Below, in pieces: positions 38,928-47,254 of a stretch of 64,000 nt of DNA. The notes under the pieces were generated by a model that searched no databases, was not told the origin of the DNA, and saw only the letters and a list, made by a program, of their open reading frames with translations. Each line of letters starts with the position of its first letter. Position 1 is the first letter of the stretch. This DNA is from an uncultured bacterium (GTDB lineage: Bacteria; Zhuqueibacterota; QNDG01; DTFT01). The stretch spans positions 14,914 through 78,913 of the forward strand of contig CAVTNR010000019.1 of the NCBI GenBank assembly GCA_963736115.1. The letters run 5' to 3'. A program made the translations under genes and the position numbers.

Positions 38928-38966
38928 AATAAAACTGAAGAGTTTGTGACGTCGATCCGAGCCTGA

Positions 38967-41900
38967 TCAGGCCCCCGCCTTCATAAACACATCCAATCTT
39001 CTGATACCGCCTGTCCTTTCGAAAACAGCCTCGCTCCATTTGCGCTCCAGAACCAGGCCGGGTGTCTCGATTTCCCGTTCGTCCCTCATCTTCATCCGGA
39101 TTTTTTCCAGGCGCGACCGGTGCAGAACCACAGGCACCTGGCAGAACGTGTAAGCCAGAGTCCCGGCTTCCAATGCGATCTGCTCTGTTCCGCCGTCCGC
39201 TCCGATGCATTCGAAAATTTCCGGCTTTTTCAGGAATTCCGCGAAGTCCAGCAGTTCCGCGCCGAATGAAAGCTTTCCGTCCGCGATCCGAATCCCGAGT
39301 TCCGCGAGACGGATGAGAATGTCCTCCTTCACCTGGCCGGTCATGCCGGGCTGCTGCACGCCCGCGAATCCCGGCGTATGGGAATAGGGGTCCGTGGGAA
39401 ATGCGCCGTACCGGTCGGGCTGCTTGTGCACGCCGATGCCTTCCCGTATTTCGCGTGTGCGCTTCTTCAGCCGCCGGATGACGGCCGGGTCCGCGCCGGA
39501 ACGCAGGGCTTCGAGAACCGCCTCCTGGCCGGCCAGGCAGAGCTTGGACACCATGTGCCAGTAAATGCAGCCGAGTCCCTCGTACTTGTAGAATGTTCCC
39601 GAACGGCCGGTGAATGACTTGTGGTCGAACATCCGCTCATACAGACCGAGCAGGAACGGCGCTTCCTTCTGCGCCGCTTCCCGCCATTCCGGGTCTTCCA
39701 GGTTTTGAAGAGCCTTCAGAAGGTGTCCGGCGTTCCGGAAATCGGCGTTGAAGTGCAGAACGCCACTGGAGTCGGCCGTCACGATGCGGCGGTCGTTTTC
39801 AGCCGCGCATTTCCGGAGGAAGACCGATTCCCGCACTGCTTCGGCCGGGATGATGTTCTTTTCCGTGAAACGGGGGAGCCTGCGGTCCGGATACAGGAGG
39901 TAGCTGTTCTGGTCCTTGCGGTGGAGGCGGCTCGACCGGAGCGCATCCAGCACATCCGCGCATTCCTCCGCTTTGAGCAGGCCGGAGCTGAGGACCGCGA
40001 CCTGGCCCTCCAGCATTTCGTACAGCCTGCGGATGGAGATCCCGCCGTCCGGCTCCACGGTCATCAGGTTATAGGCGTGGTAAAGTCCGTCCGGCCTCCG
40101 GTTGGCCCGAAGGGTGCTGTCCGCGGCCCGGAGCGCGAGGCCGCAGAAAGCGGAAAGGTCCGCGAGGCTTGTCTCCCGTTTTTCCCCGGACAGGCCTTCC
40201 GCATACAGCTTCGAACGGAATTTGCCTGCCGCTTCTCCGAACCGGTCCAGCGCTTTCCGTCTCCGGACGTCCGTCATCGGTTCATCCGGTCCGGACACGA
40301 GCGATTCGAGCGCGGACCGCGTCGCGTCGAGCCAGTCCGAGACCTCGGCCGCGAGCGGAACCGGGTCCGGGCCGGAACGGTCGAGCAGGTCCCGGAAAAA
40401 GGACAGGTACCGCCGCATGTGGCACAGGGTGACCACGGATACGCCCGATCCGACCAGGGCGTTGTTGGCGTCATTCCATTCAGGCCTCTGGGTGTTCATC
40501 CAGATGCCGGCTTCGGGCATGAAATTCGCGAGCTTGGCGAGAAGGGGAACCAGCATTTTTTCCGCCAGGCCGGCCCGCACCCGGACGCCGTCCGGCCGTG
40601 TGAGGAATTTCCCGTCCTCTCCGATCCCGCGAACACGCTCCCGGACCCGGCCGTCCTGTTCCGCGTCGAAGCGGATGGTGTCGGCTGGATCGCGGATCAG
40701 GTCCGCGTAGGGCCGGATCCGGTAGGGCACGTCCGCATACGTGAAGAAATCACGCCGGAACAGGCCGGACAGCATGCCCGGATGATACCGGTCCGACCAT
40801 TCCAGCAGGCGGAGCAGGTAGACGATCTGGTGATCGCCCCAGTACCCGATGTAGGACCAGGGATCGGCCGGATCGAGAACCTCCCAGTCGAATCCGTCGC
40901 GGGTCACGCGGTAGGGATTGTACCCGTCGGCAGTCGAGGCGTCGACGAATTTGGCGATCATGCTCTCGATGAACCCCGGGAAGCTCTGGGCCAGCGCTTC
41001 CCAGTTCTGGAACAGGTCGCGCCAGTTGCCCTGATAGTTCAGGACCTTGCGGCCGAACCTGTCCTTGATGCCGATGGAAAACAGATTCCAGGGCCTGCTG
41101 GGATCGCCGTGCCTGCGGCTGAAGGTGAGCGGAAGATACTCGAAAGCCAGGCGTTCGAGATCGGGATCCCCTGCGGACGCGGCACGGGAGAGGAGCTCCC
41201 CGTGCGGGAGCGTGACGGGAAGCGAACGGAGCCATTCCGCCTGTGTCCGGGCCAGCGGCCGGTTCGCTTTTTCGACAAAGTCGCGGAAGTCGGATGCGGT
41301 GATGGCGGTTCCGTTGTCCGGGATGCCGCCGCGCATGACATTGAACAGCACGTTTGAAAAGTGCCTGGACGCGCTGAGCCGGTCTGCCGTGGCCTGCCGG
41401 CCGTCCGCGGCCGCCACTACGGCCTCGATGCCGGCCGTGCCGGCGGCGATATCCTCCAGAATGAGCTCCTGCAGGTCCCCGGGACGATGGAGTGTCCCGG
41501 ACAGGTCCGCCACGGCGGCCGAGTCCAGGCCGACGTCGGCCGCGAAAAACCATTCCCGGCCCGTGGACGGCTTGAGCAGGAAGCCGGTCGCGGCGAAATA
41601 AGCGCCCCGAACGCCGCGCATGTCTTTTTCCGGACGCAGCGGTCGGCCGCTCCTGAAGGCTTCCAGTTGCAGGGATGAAAGGATGTGTGTCGGCCGGACC
41701 AGGCCCGCGCACCAGACCGCTGTCGCGCGAAGGGATTCGCTCGGTTCGGCTTTGTCCGTGGGCACCGAACTCAGGGTGAACAGCCCGAGCCCCGTGTCCT
41801 CCAGCAGTTCGTTCTTCTTGTATCCGTCGGCAAGCGTGCTGTATTCGAGCTGAAACCGCCGCTGGATGCCGTCCGGCAGCAGGTTCTGCATCCCGTCCAT

Positions 41901-42422
41901 AATTTCGACGCGGGCTTCGCGGCGGCCGATATTGACCAGGAACGAGTGCTTGATAAATCCGAACCGTTCGCCCGTCATCCAGGCGGTGCGGAAAACGAGC
42001 CCGAGATCACGGTTGACTTCCTCGAACATCAGCTTGTTGCCGGTGGCGTTCTTGTACAGATTCCGCTCCGTCCGGAATGCGGCAGCATCCCGAGCGGAAA
42101 AGGGCTCCCACACCCGGATCCGGGAACCGGACTTCAGACGGACGATGGTTTTGGAACCGGTTATTTCCGCGGAATCGTGGATCTTATCGTCGGTCACGTA
42201 GGGGAAGAGAGCGTGGTCCGGGTCCCGGCGGCCCGCGGTCAACCCGCCGTTGCTCGAAATGAACATCCAGTGGTCGGACCCGCTGACCAGACTCACGAGA
42301 AAAGGCGGCATGCGGTCGACGTTCGAAATCCGGTACCAGGATTCACCGTCGATCGTGACGAAACCGCCGGTCACGGCTTCGGCTTTTTTTGTGCTTTTTG
42401 AGGCGTTTCGGACAGACCGCAT
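38967..42422 (-). CDS. Large cytoplasmic GH94-clan-like putative glycan (beta-1,3-glucan?) phosphorylase
   Basis: 1151 aa from Met20 of the ORF-track product (the upstream 19 codons are REP-encoded). No signal peptide. ...YIGYWGDHQIVYLLRLLE ... NTQRPEWNDANNALVG resembles the (D/E)WND catalytic-region motif of GH94-type phosphorylases. Same strand and locus as GH17 and a GPH transporter. Confidence 0.45.
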   Translation of the reverse strand: MRSVRNASKSTKKAEAVTGGFVTIDGESWYRISNVDRMPPFLVSLVSGSDHWMFISSNGGLTAGRRDPDHALFPYVTDDKIHDSAEITGSKTIVRLKSGSRIRVWEPFSARDAAAFRTERNLYKNATGNKLMFEEVNRDLGLVFRTAWMTGERFGFIKHSFLVNIGRREARVEIMDGMQNLLPDGIQRRFQLEYSTLADGYKKNELLEDTGLGLFTLSSVPTDKAEPSESLRATAVWCAGLVRPTHILSSLQLEAFRSGRPLRPEKDMRGVRGAYFAATGFLLKPSTGREWFFAADVGLDSAAVADLSGTLHRPGDLQELILEDIAAGTAGIEAVVAAADGRQATADRLSASRHFSNVLFNVMRGGIPDNGTAITASDFRDFVEKANRPLARTQAEWLRSLPVTLPHGELLSRAASAGDPDLERLAFEYLPLTFSRRHGDPSRPWNLFSIGIKDRFGRKVLNYQGNWRDLFQNWEALAQSFPGFIESMIAKFVDASTADGYNPYRVTRDGFDWEVLDPADPWSYIGYWGDHQIVYLLRLLEWSDRYHPGMLSGLFRRDFFTYADVPYRIRPYADLIRDPADTIRFDAEQDGRVRERVRGIGEDGKFLTRPDGVRVRAGLAEKMLVPLLAKLANFMPEAGIWMNTQRPEWNDANNALVGSGVSVVTLCHMRRYLSFFRDLLDRSGPDPVPLAAEVSDWLDATRSALESLVSGPDEPMTDVRRRKALDRFGEAAGKFRSKLYAEGLSGEKRETSLADLSAFCGLALRAADSTLRANRRPDGLYHAYNLMTVEPDGGISIRRLYEMLEGQVAVLSSGLLKAEECADVLDALRSSRLHRKDQNSYLLYPDRRLPRFTEKNIIPAEAVRESVFLRKCAAENDRRIVTADSSGVLHFNADFRNAGHLLKALQNLEDPEWREAAQKEAPFLLGLYERMFDHKSFTGRSGTFYKYEGLGCIYWHMVSKLCLAGQEAVLEALRSGADPAVIRRLKKRTREIREGIGVHKQPDRYGAFPTDPYSHTPGFAGVQQPGMTGQVKEDILIRLAELGIRIADGKLSFGAELLDFAEFLKKPEIFECIGADGGTEQIALEAGTLAYTFCQVPVVLHRSRLEKIRMKMRDEREIETPGLVLERKWSEAVFERTGGIRRLDVFMKAGA

Positions 42423-42436
42423 TAGTATTCCCTCAT

Positions 42437-42474
42437 GTAGGTCCGATATGCCGAGCGTAGCGAGGCTATCGGAC
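42437..42474 (-). repeat. REP hairpin copy (inverted orientation, begins GTAG)
   Basis: GTAGGTCCGATATGCCGAGCGtaGCGAGGCTATCGGAC. Its reverse complement differs from the copy at 43139-43176 at 3 positions, two of which form a compensatory A/T pair. Confidence 0.8.
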
Positions 42475-42479
42475 ATCAA

Positions 42480-42989
42480 TTATTCCGGATTCATCCCGCG
42501 TATGCCGGGGATTTCCTTCCAACCCCATCCGAACTCGTAATGACCTTGCTTCACGAAATCAATATAACTGGAATGGGGCCATCGCTCCGGTTTGTCTGTC
42601 AATCCGTGTTTGACCGGGTTGAAATGAATGTAATCCAGATGTCTGTTTATGTCTTCATGATTTCGGATCACATGGTCGTAGAAACGATGTTGGGCGAGAG
42701 TCACGGGAGTCCTGATCTGATGATGACTCTTGAAATTGCATGTAAAATTTCGGCGAAGAGATTGAATGATAACGGAGAGTGCGGATTGTTCCGGTTCCAA
42801 AAGAAAGTGAAAATGATCAGGCAGAATGACATAGGCATATAACCGGTGGGGATAATGTTTGCGGACTCTGGAGAGGGTGTCCATCAGGATGCCCGAATTG
42901 ACCGGATCGGAGAAGATGGGTTGTCGATCATGGTTGACGCACGTTATGAAATACACCGCTCCGATTATATGGTAACGGCGAATATCCAT
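42480..42989 (-). CDS. REP-associated tyrosine transposase (RAYT; IS200/IS605 TnpA-like, Y1 HUH)
   Basis: 169 aa. HUH motif in ILPDHFHFLLEP. Catalytic-Tyr region RHLDYIHFNPVKHGL. RFYDHVIRN. Immediately flanked by REP hairpins. Confidence 0.85.
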   Translation of the reverse strand: MDIRRYHIIGAVYFITCVNHDRQPIFSDPVNSGILMDTLSRVRKHYPHRLYAYVILPDHFHFLLEPEQSALSVIIQSLRRNFTCNFKSHHQIRTPVTLAQHRFYDHVIRNHEDINRHLDYIHFNPVKHGLTDKPERWPHSSYIDFVKQGHYEFGWGWKEIPGIRGMNPE

Positions 42990-43002
42990 GTGTCTTTCTA
43001 TT

Positions 43003-43046
43003 GTCCGAAAGCCTCGCCCCTGCGGGGCTCGGCATTTCGGACCTAG
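43003..43046 (+). repeat. REP hairpin copy
   Basis: GTCCGAAAGCCTCGCCCCtgcGGGGCTCGGCATTTCGGACCTAG. Confidence 0.8.
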
Positions 43047-43074
43047 AAATTATTTAATGATAAACGTTCTTTTT

Positions 43075-43121
43075 GTAGGTCCGATATGCCCGGCATGTCT
43101 TTTCATGCCGGGCTATCGGAC
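43075..43121 (-). repeat. REP hairpin copy (inverted orientation)
   Basis: GTAGGTCCGATATGCCCGGCATGtcttttCATGCCGGGCTATCGGAC. Forms a REPIN-like doublet with 43139-43176. Confidence 0.8.
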
Positions 43122-43138
43122 GTTTATTTCGGGGATTT

Positions 43139-43176
43139 GTCCGAAAGCCTCGCTTCGCTCGGCATTTCGGACCTAC
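43139..43176 (+). repeat. REP hairpin copy
   Basis: GTCCGAAAGCCTCGCttcGCTCGGCATTTCGGACCTAC. Overlaps the GH17 stop codon. Confidence 0.8.
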
Positions 43177-44180
43177 ATTTCATAGGACGGGGACGTCGGT
43201 TCGTCCGTGACCCTCTCCGGATACCACTCCCGCATCGCCTTCTTGGCCTTGCGGTCCTCGGAAAAAAGGCCCCAGTGCCCCTCGGTGCCAGTGCCCTTCC
43301 ATGGCTCGTCGAATGCCTCGAAATAGAAAACATGGACTCCGTTCGCCTTCGCCCATTCGTTGAGTTCGCGGAAGTACCGCTCCTGCTTGTCCTCGTCCCC
43401 GGCTTTCGGCGCGTGCGCCGGCCCCACCGTGTAGGTCGCCCAGCCCGCCTCGCCGATGACGAGCGTTATTCCCGGGAGCGCTTTTTGGACGCTTTTCACG
43501 TGGCGCACGGTGTGGGTCAGGGCGCTGTCGATGTCCGATCCGCCCCACATCGGGTAGGTGTGCACGGCCACGAAATCCACATGCTGCGCCAGCGACGCTC
43601 CGTCCGGCTCACGCCAGAACGTGAAATCGTCGTCCACGGTCACGGGAACGGAAACCGAATCGCGGACGCGATCCACGGCCCGGATCGCGTCCGTTAGCGT
43701 CATCCGGTGGTCCGACCAGGAAACCAGGATTTCATTGCCCACGCTGACCGCGGCGACGACATCCGGGTATTGATTGGCGAGCCGGATGCAGTTTTGGATC
43801 TGCTCCTCATTTTCTATTTCCTTGCCTGCGGACCCGCTCAGCCAGGCGCCGAGCATGACCCGGATCGGGATTTTATTTGTCCGTATCACCTGCAGGACAT
43901 CCTCACTGTGGCGGTCCGAACCATAGGTCCGGATCATCCGCCAGTGACGCTCAAGAATGCGCATGTCCTCCAATATTTCCGCCTGAGACGGATATGTCTG
44001 CGTCTGCGGGCTCTGGCCGGCGCGGTATCCTGAATAGCAGATCATGTGGCCGGCCCATTTCTGGGCGGTGAGGTCGATGTTCCGGGGACGCGGTCCGCAG
44101 CCCGCACCGACGAGGCCGAGCAGTAGCAAGCCGACCGCGGCGTAGGCCCGGCTGTGGAAGGATGTCCGTTCTTGGGTCAT
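43173..44180 (-). CDS. Glycoside hydrolase family 17-like beta-1,3-glucanase/transglycosylase lipoprotein
   Basis: Lipobox LVGAGCG. (beta/alpha)8 pattern with AVSVGNEILV (acid/base Glu region) and VIGEAGWAT (nucleophile Glu region). FYFEAFDEPWK. Confidence 0.75.
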   Translation of the reverse strand: MTQERTSFHSRAYAAVGLLLLGLVGAGCGPRPRNIDLTAQKWAGHMICYSGYRAGQSPQTQTYPSQAEILEDMRILERHWRMIRTYGSDRHSEDVLQVIRTNKIPIRVMLGAWLSGSAGKEIENEEQIQNCIRLANQYPDVVAAVSVGNEILVSWSDHRMTLTDAIRAVDRVRDSVSVPVTVDDDFTFWREPDGASLAQHVDFVAVHTYPMWGGSDIDSALTHTVRHVKSVQKALPGITLVIGEAGWATYTVGPAHAPKAGDEDKQERYFRELNEWAKANGVHVFYFEAFDEPWKGTGTEGHWGLFSEDRKAKKAMREWYPERVTDEPTSPSYEM

Positions 44181-44207
44181 GACCCGCTCCTATTCTCGTG
44201 TCCGTTT

Positions 44208-44253
44208 GTCCGAAAGCCTCGCCCCGTTCCGGGGCTCGGCATTTCGGACCTGC
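44208..44253 (+). repeat. REP hairpin copy
   Basis: GTCCGAAAGCCTCGCCCCgttccGGGGCTCGGCATTTCGGACCTGC, between the GH17 and transporter genes. Confidence 0.8.
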
Positions 44254-44259
44254 AACCGG

Positions 44260-45609
44260 TTAAGACGCGCGCCGTTTGGCGAGATCCGCCTCGATCCGCT
44301 TCATGAACGGCTCGTCCAGCGTGTAGAAGCAGGCCGCGGCCGCGGCCAGGGCGCTGCCCACAGCCGGGATCACGCTGATGAGGAGCCGGATGCCGTTCTG
44401 CGTCGCCTCGGTCTGGACCACGTTCGCCTTGAACCCGAAATACGCGAGCAGCCAGCCCGCCAGCGCGCCGCCGATCGTGTATCCCATTTTCTGCGCGAAA
44501 CTGGCCGCGGAAAACACCAGGCCGGTGGCCCGGCGGTTCCACTTCCATTCCGAGTAGTCCGCGGTGTCCGCGTACATGGCCCAGATCAGGGGAGCGGTCG
44601 GGGCCAGGAAGAACGAGATCGCGATGTGCAGGCCGAACACGGCGACGATGTTCTCCCGGGGGACGAAGTAGAACAGCGTCGTCAGCACGGTCGTGACTCC
44701 CATCAGCGCGATGTAGAGGTTCCGTTTGCCGAACCGGGAGGCGAAGAAATTGGTGAGCATGATGCCGACGATCACGGCCGCGGTGCCGGCCATCATGAAC
44801 GCCGAGGTCAGGGACTCCCGGCCCACGTAGTACTTGAAGTAATAGATGACGGCCCCGCTGCGGATGCAGTTGTACGTCAGCGCGAAAATGCCGATGAGGA
44901 ACATGACGAGCCAGGGCCCGTTGTGCGACAGGTCGCGGAGGTCGTTTCGAAGGGGCGTCTTTTGCGCCTGCGGCGGCCGGACGCGTTCCTTCGTCAGGCG
45001 GAAGGTCAGGTAGAACAGGGCGACGGCCGCGACGGAGTAGATCATGAGCGTGCGCTGGAACCCGGCCGCCTGGCTTTCGCCGCCCAGGGCTTTGACCAGG
45101 GGGAGGGTCGCGCCCTGCACGACGAAGGTCGCGGCCATGGCCAGCACGAAACGGTAGGAGGACAGGCTGGTTCTTTCCATCGAATCCGGGGTCATCACGC
45201 CCATCAGCGCGGAATAGGGAATATTGACCACTGTGTAGGCCATGATCATCAGGGAGTACGTGATATAGGCATACACGAGCTTGCCGGTCATTCCGAAACC
45301 CGGCGTGGTGAACGTGAGCACGCCGATGATCCCGATGGGAAGCGCGCCCCAGATCAGCCAGGGCCGGAACTTTCCCCATCGGCTCTCCGTCCGGTCCGCG
45401 ATCAGGCCCATGAGCGGATCGTTGGCCGTGTCCCATATGCGGACGACGAGGAACATGGTGCCGGCCGCGGCCGCGGAAATGCCGAACACGTCCGTGTAGA
45501 AGAAGAGGAGGAAATTCATGAACATCTGCCAGTAGAAATTGGAGGCGGCGTCTCCCAGGCCGTACCCGATTTTTTCCTTGACTGAGAGCCGGTTGGAGCG
45601 GGTTTCCAT
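44260..45609 (-). CDS. MFS transporter, glycoside-pentoside-hexuronide (GPH):cation symporter family
   Basis: LSVKEKIGYGLGDAASNFYWQMFMNFLLFFYTDVFGI ... RTESRWGKFRPWLIWGALP is the MelB/YicJ-type N-terminal signature. 12-TM-like hydrophobicity. Confidence 0.85.
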   Translation of the reverse strand: METRSNRLSVKEKIGYGLGDAASNFYWQMFMNFLLFFYTDVFGISAAAAGTMFLVVRIWDTANDPLMGLIADRTESRWGKFRPWLIWGALPIGIIGVLTFTTPGFGMTGKLVYAYITYSLMIMAYTVVNIPYSALMGVMTPDSMERTSLSSYRFVLAMAATFVVQGATLPLVKALGGESQAAGFQRTLMIYSVAAVALFYLTFRLTKERVRPPQAQKTPLRNDLRDLSHNGPWLVMFLIGIFALTYNCIRSGAVIYYFKYYVGRESLTSAFMMAGTAAVIVGIMLTNFFASRFGKRNLYIALMGVTTVLTTLFYFVPRENIVAVFGLHIAISFFLAPTAPLIWAMYADTADYSEWKWNRRATGLVFSAASFAQKMGYTIGGALAGWLLAYFGFKANVVQTEATQNGIRLLISVIPAVGSALAAAAACFYTLDEPFMKRIEADLAKRRAS

Positions 45610-45769
45610 GAGGACCTCCAGAGTCGGAGATGAGCGGAAAGGGCGGGCGGAAGTCCGCCCCGGGGTCGTCCTTCTGCCTCCGGAAAATGGCCCGGAGGCG
45701 GCCGGACGCTTCGGATTAAAGTAGAGATTTTTAAACGGATTGTCAAGGGAGAGGTTGGCCGGAGTGTCC

Positions 45770-45798
45770 GACCCCGGGGTTCACCCAGGGGTCGGAAT
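45770..45798. repeat. GACCCCGGGGT palindrome doublet, copy 1
   Basis: GACCCCGGGGTtcACCCAGGGGTCGGAAT. Confidence 0.6.
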
Positions 45799-45903
45799 GT
45801 AAGACAACAGTTCTGACAATATAATACTTGATTTTTTCCCGTATCCCGGTTATACTGAAATAACCATCCGTTCTGCACATTGAACTACTGGAGGAAGCCG
45901 GTC

Positions 45904-47112
45904 ATGAGCGATTCATCGCAGAACCGCAGGGATTTTCTGAAAACCGGACTGGCCGGCGCGGCCGGGTTTGCGCTTCTGGGGCGCCGCGATCTGTCCGCCG
46001 GGGCGTTGAAAACGGGAGACCGGAAACCGGCCGTCCGGACGCTGGGTCGGACCGGTATCCGTCTGCCGGTTGTGAGCATGGGCGCAGGGGACACCCAGGA
46101 CCCGGCCTTGGTGACGGCCGCCCTGAACGCGGGCATCGTTCTGATCGCCACATCCGCGTACTACTACAACGGCCAGAACGAAAAGATGATCGGCCAAATC
46201 ATGAAGGGCCGGAAACGCGATTCCGCGGTGATCATGACCAGCGCCATGGCCGACGGTTTCGACCACAAGGCCGGTAACTGGACCGCGTCGACCAAGGCCG
46301 AACCCTTTGTGCAAAAGTTCGAGGGCTGCCTGAAGCGGCTTGAAATGGAAACCGTGGACATCTTCCTGCTGCCTTTCGTGGCACGGCGGGAATCCGTATT
46401 TTTCGAACCGCTGCTGAAAGCGATGGAGAAGATCAAACGGGAAGGGAAGGCCCGTTTCATCGGCGTGGCCACGCACCAGTTCGAAGATGAGGCGATTCGC
46501 GCGGCTGCTGAAACCGGAATTTACGACGTGGTCATGACGGCGCTTAATTTCCGGAAGGACAACCGTCTGGAGATTCTGGCGGCAGCGGAGGCGGCTTCGA
46601 AAGCCGGCATGGGCGTCATTGCCATGAAGACCATGGCCGGCGCATTCTGGGATAAGGAAAAGACCAGGCCGATCAACGCGGGGGCCGCGCTGAAATGGGC
46701 GGTCCAGAACCCCAGCGTAACCACGGCCGTTCCGGGAATGACCACCTATGAACAGCTCACCGCGGACGTTGCCGTGATGCGCGATCCGTCCCTGACGGCC
46801 GGGGAGAAGGCGGAACTCCAGCTCACGCACGGCGCTCCGGCGGACGGACCCTTCTGCCAGCAATGCGGGAAATGCGTCGGCCAGTGTCGTGACGGGCTCG
46901 ATATTCCCACGATGATGCGGAGTTACATGTATGCGTACGGGTACGGCAATCTGGACCATGCCCGTCAGACGCTTCGCCTGGCTGAAAGACCTGAGAAAAT
47001 CTGCGGGGAATGCAAGACGTGCGCCGTCCGATGCCCCATGCAAGCGGACGTGCGGGGCAAGATCAGGGACATCGTGCGGCTGGAGAGCCAGGATTTGAAT
47101 CGGATGGCATAG
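45904..47112 (+). CDS. Tat-exported aldo/keto reductase with C-terminal Fe-S (Cys-cluster) domain
   Basis: Twin-arginine signal SQNRRDFLKTGLAGAAGFALLG. AKR body. C-terminal CQQCGKCVGQC ... CGECKTCAVRCP. Confidence 0.75.
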   Translation: MSDSSQNRRDFLKTGLAGAAGFALLGRRDLSAGALKTGDRKPAVRTLGRTGIRLPVVSMGAGDTQDPALVTAALNAGIVLIATSAYYYNGQNEKMIGQIMKGRKRDSAVIMTSAMADGFDHKAGNWTASTKAEPFVQKFEGCLKRLEMETVDIFLLPFVARRESVFFEPLLKAMEKIKREGKARFIGVATHQFEDEAIRAAAETGIYDVVMTALNFRKDNRLEILAAAEAASKAGMGVIAMKTMAGAFWDKEKTRPINAGAALKWAVQNPSVTTAVPGMTTYEQLTADVAVMRDPSLTAGEKAELQLTHGAPADGPFCQQCGKCVGQCRDGLDIPTMMRSYMYAYGYGNLDHARQTLRLAERPEKICGECKTCAVRCPMQADVRGKIRDIVRLESQDLNRMA

Positions 47113-47115
47113 AAG

Positions 47116-47164
47116 AAAAAAACCTCCCGCGGGCTCCTGAAGTCCGCGGGAGGATGAAAATTTT
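47116..47164. terminator. Terminator hairpin between convergent AKR and blaR1-like genes
   Basis: AAAAAAA-CCTCCCGCGG-gctcctgaagt-CCGCGGGAGG-atgaaaatttt. Read on the minus strand, the stem is followed by T7. Confidence 0.6.
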
Positions 47165-47193
47165 GTCATCCCCGCGTTCTTCAGGCGGGGATC
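47164..47193. repeat. TGTCATCCCCG hairpin repeat, copy 1
   Basis: TGTCATCCCCGCgttcttcagGCGGGGATC. A related copy lies at 60137-60167. Confidence 0.55.
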
Positions 47194-47212
47194 TTGATAC
47201 GGTTGCACTCAG

Positions 47213-47241
47213 GACCCCGGGGTCAACCCCGGGGTCGCCGG
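47213..47241. repeat. GACCCCGGGGT palindrome doublet, copy 2
   Basis: GACCCCGGGGTcaACCCCGGGGTCGCCGG. Confidence 0.6.
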
Positions 47242-47254
47242 CTACGGAATCCGG

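Larger units (their letters stand above)
42437..43176. mobile_element. RAYT gene with flanking REP hairpins (REPtron-like unit)
   Basis: The RAYT CDS 42480-42989 is flanked by an inverted-orientation REP (42437-42474) on one side. On the other side are a direct REP (43003-43046) and an inverted+direct doublet (43075-43121, 43139-43176). Confidence 0.8.

Noticed and set aside
42423-42479. First 19 codons of the 1170-aa ORF (MMSDSLATLGISDLHEGIL)
   Set aside because: They are encoded by a REP hairpin copy. The Met at 42422 (MRSVRNAS...) is the more plausible start.
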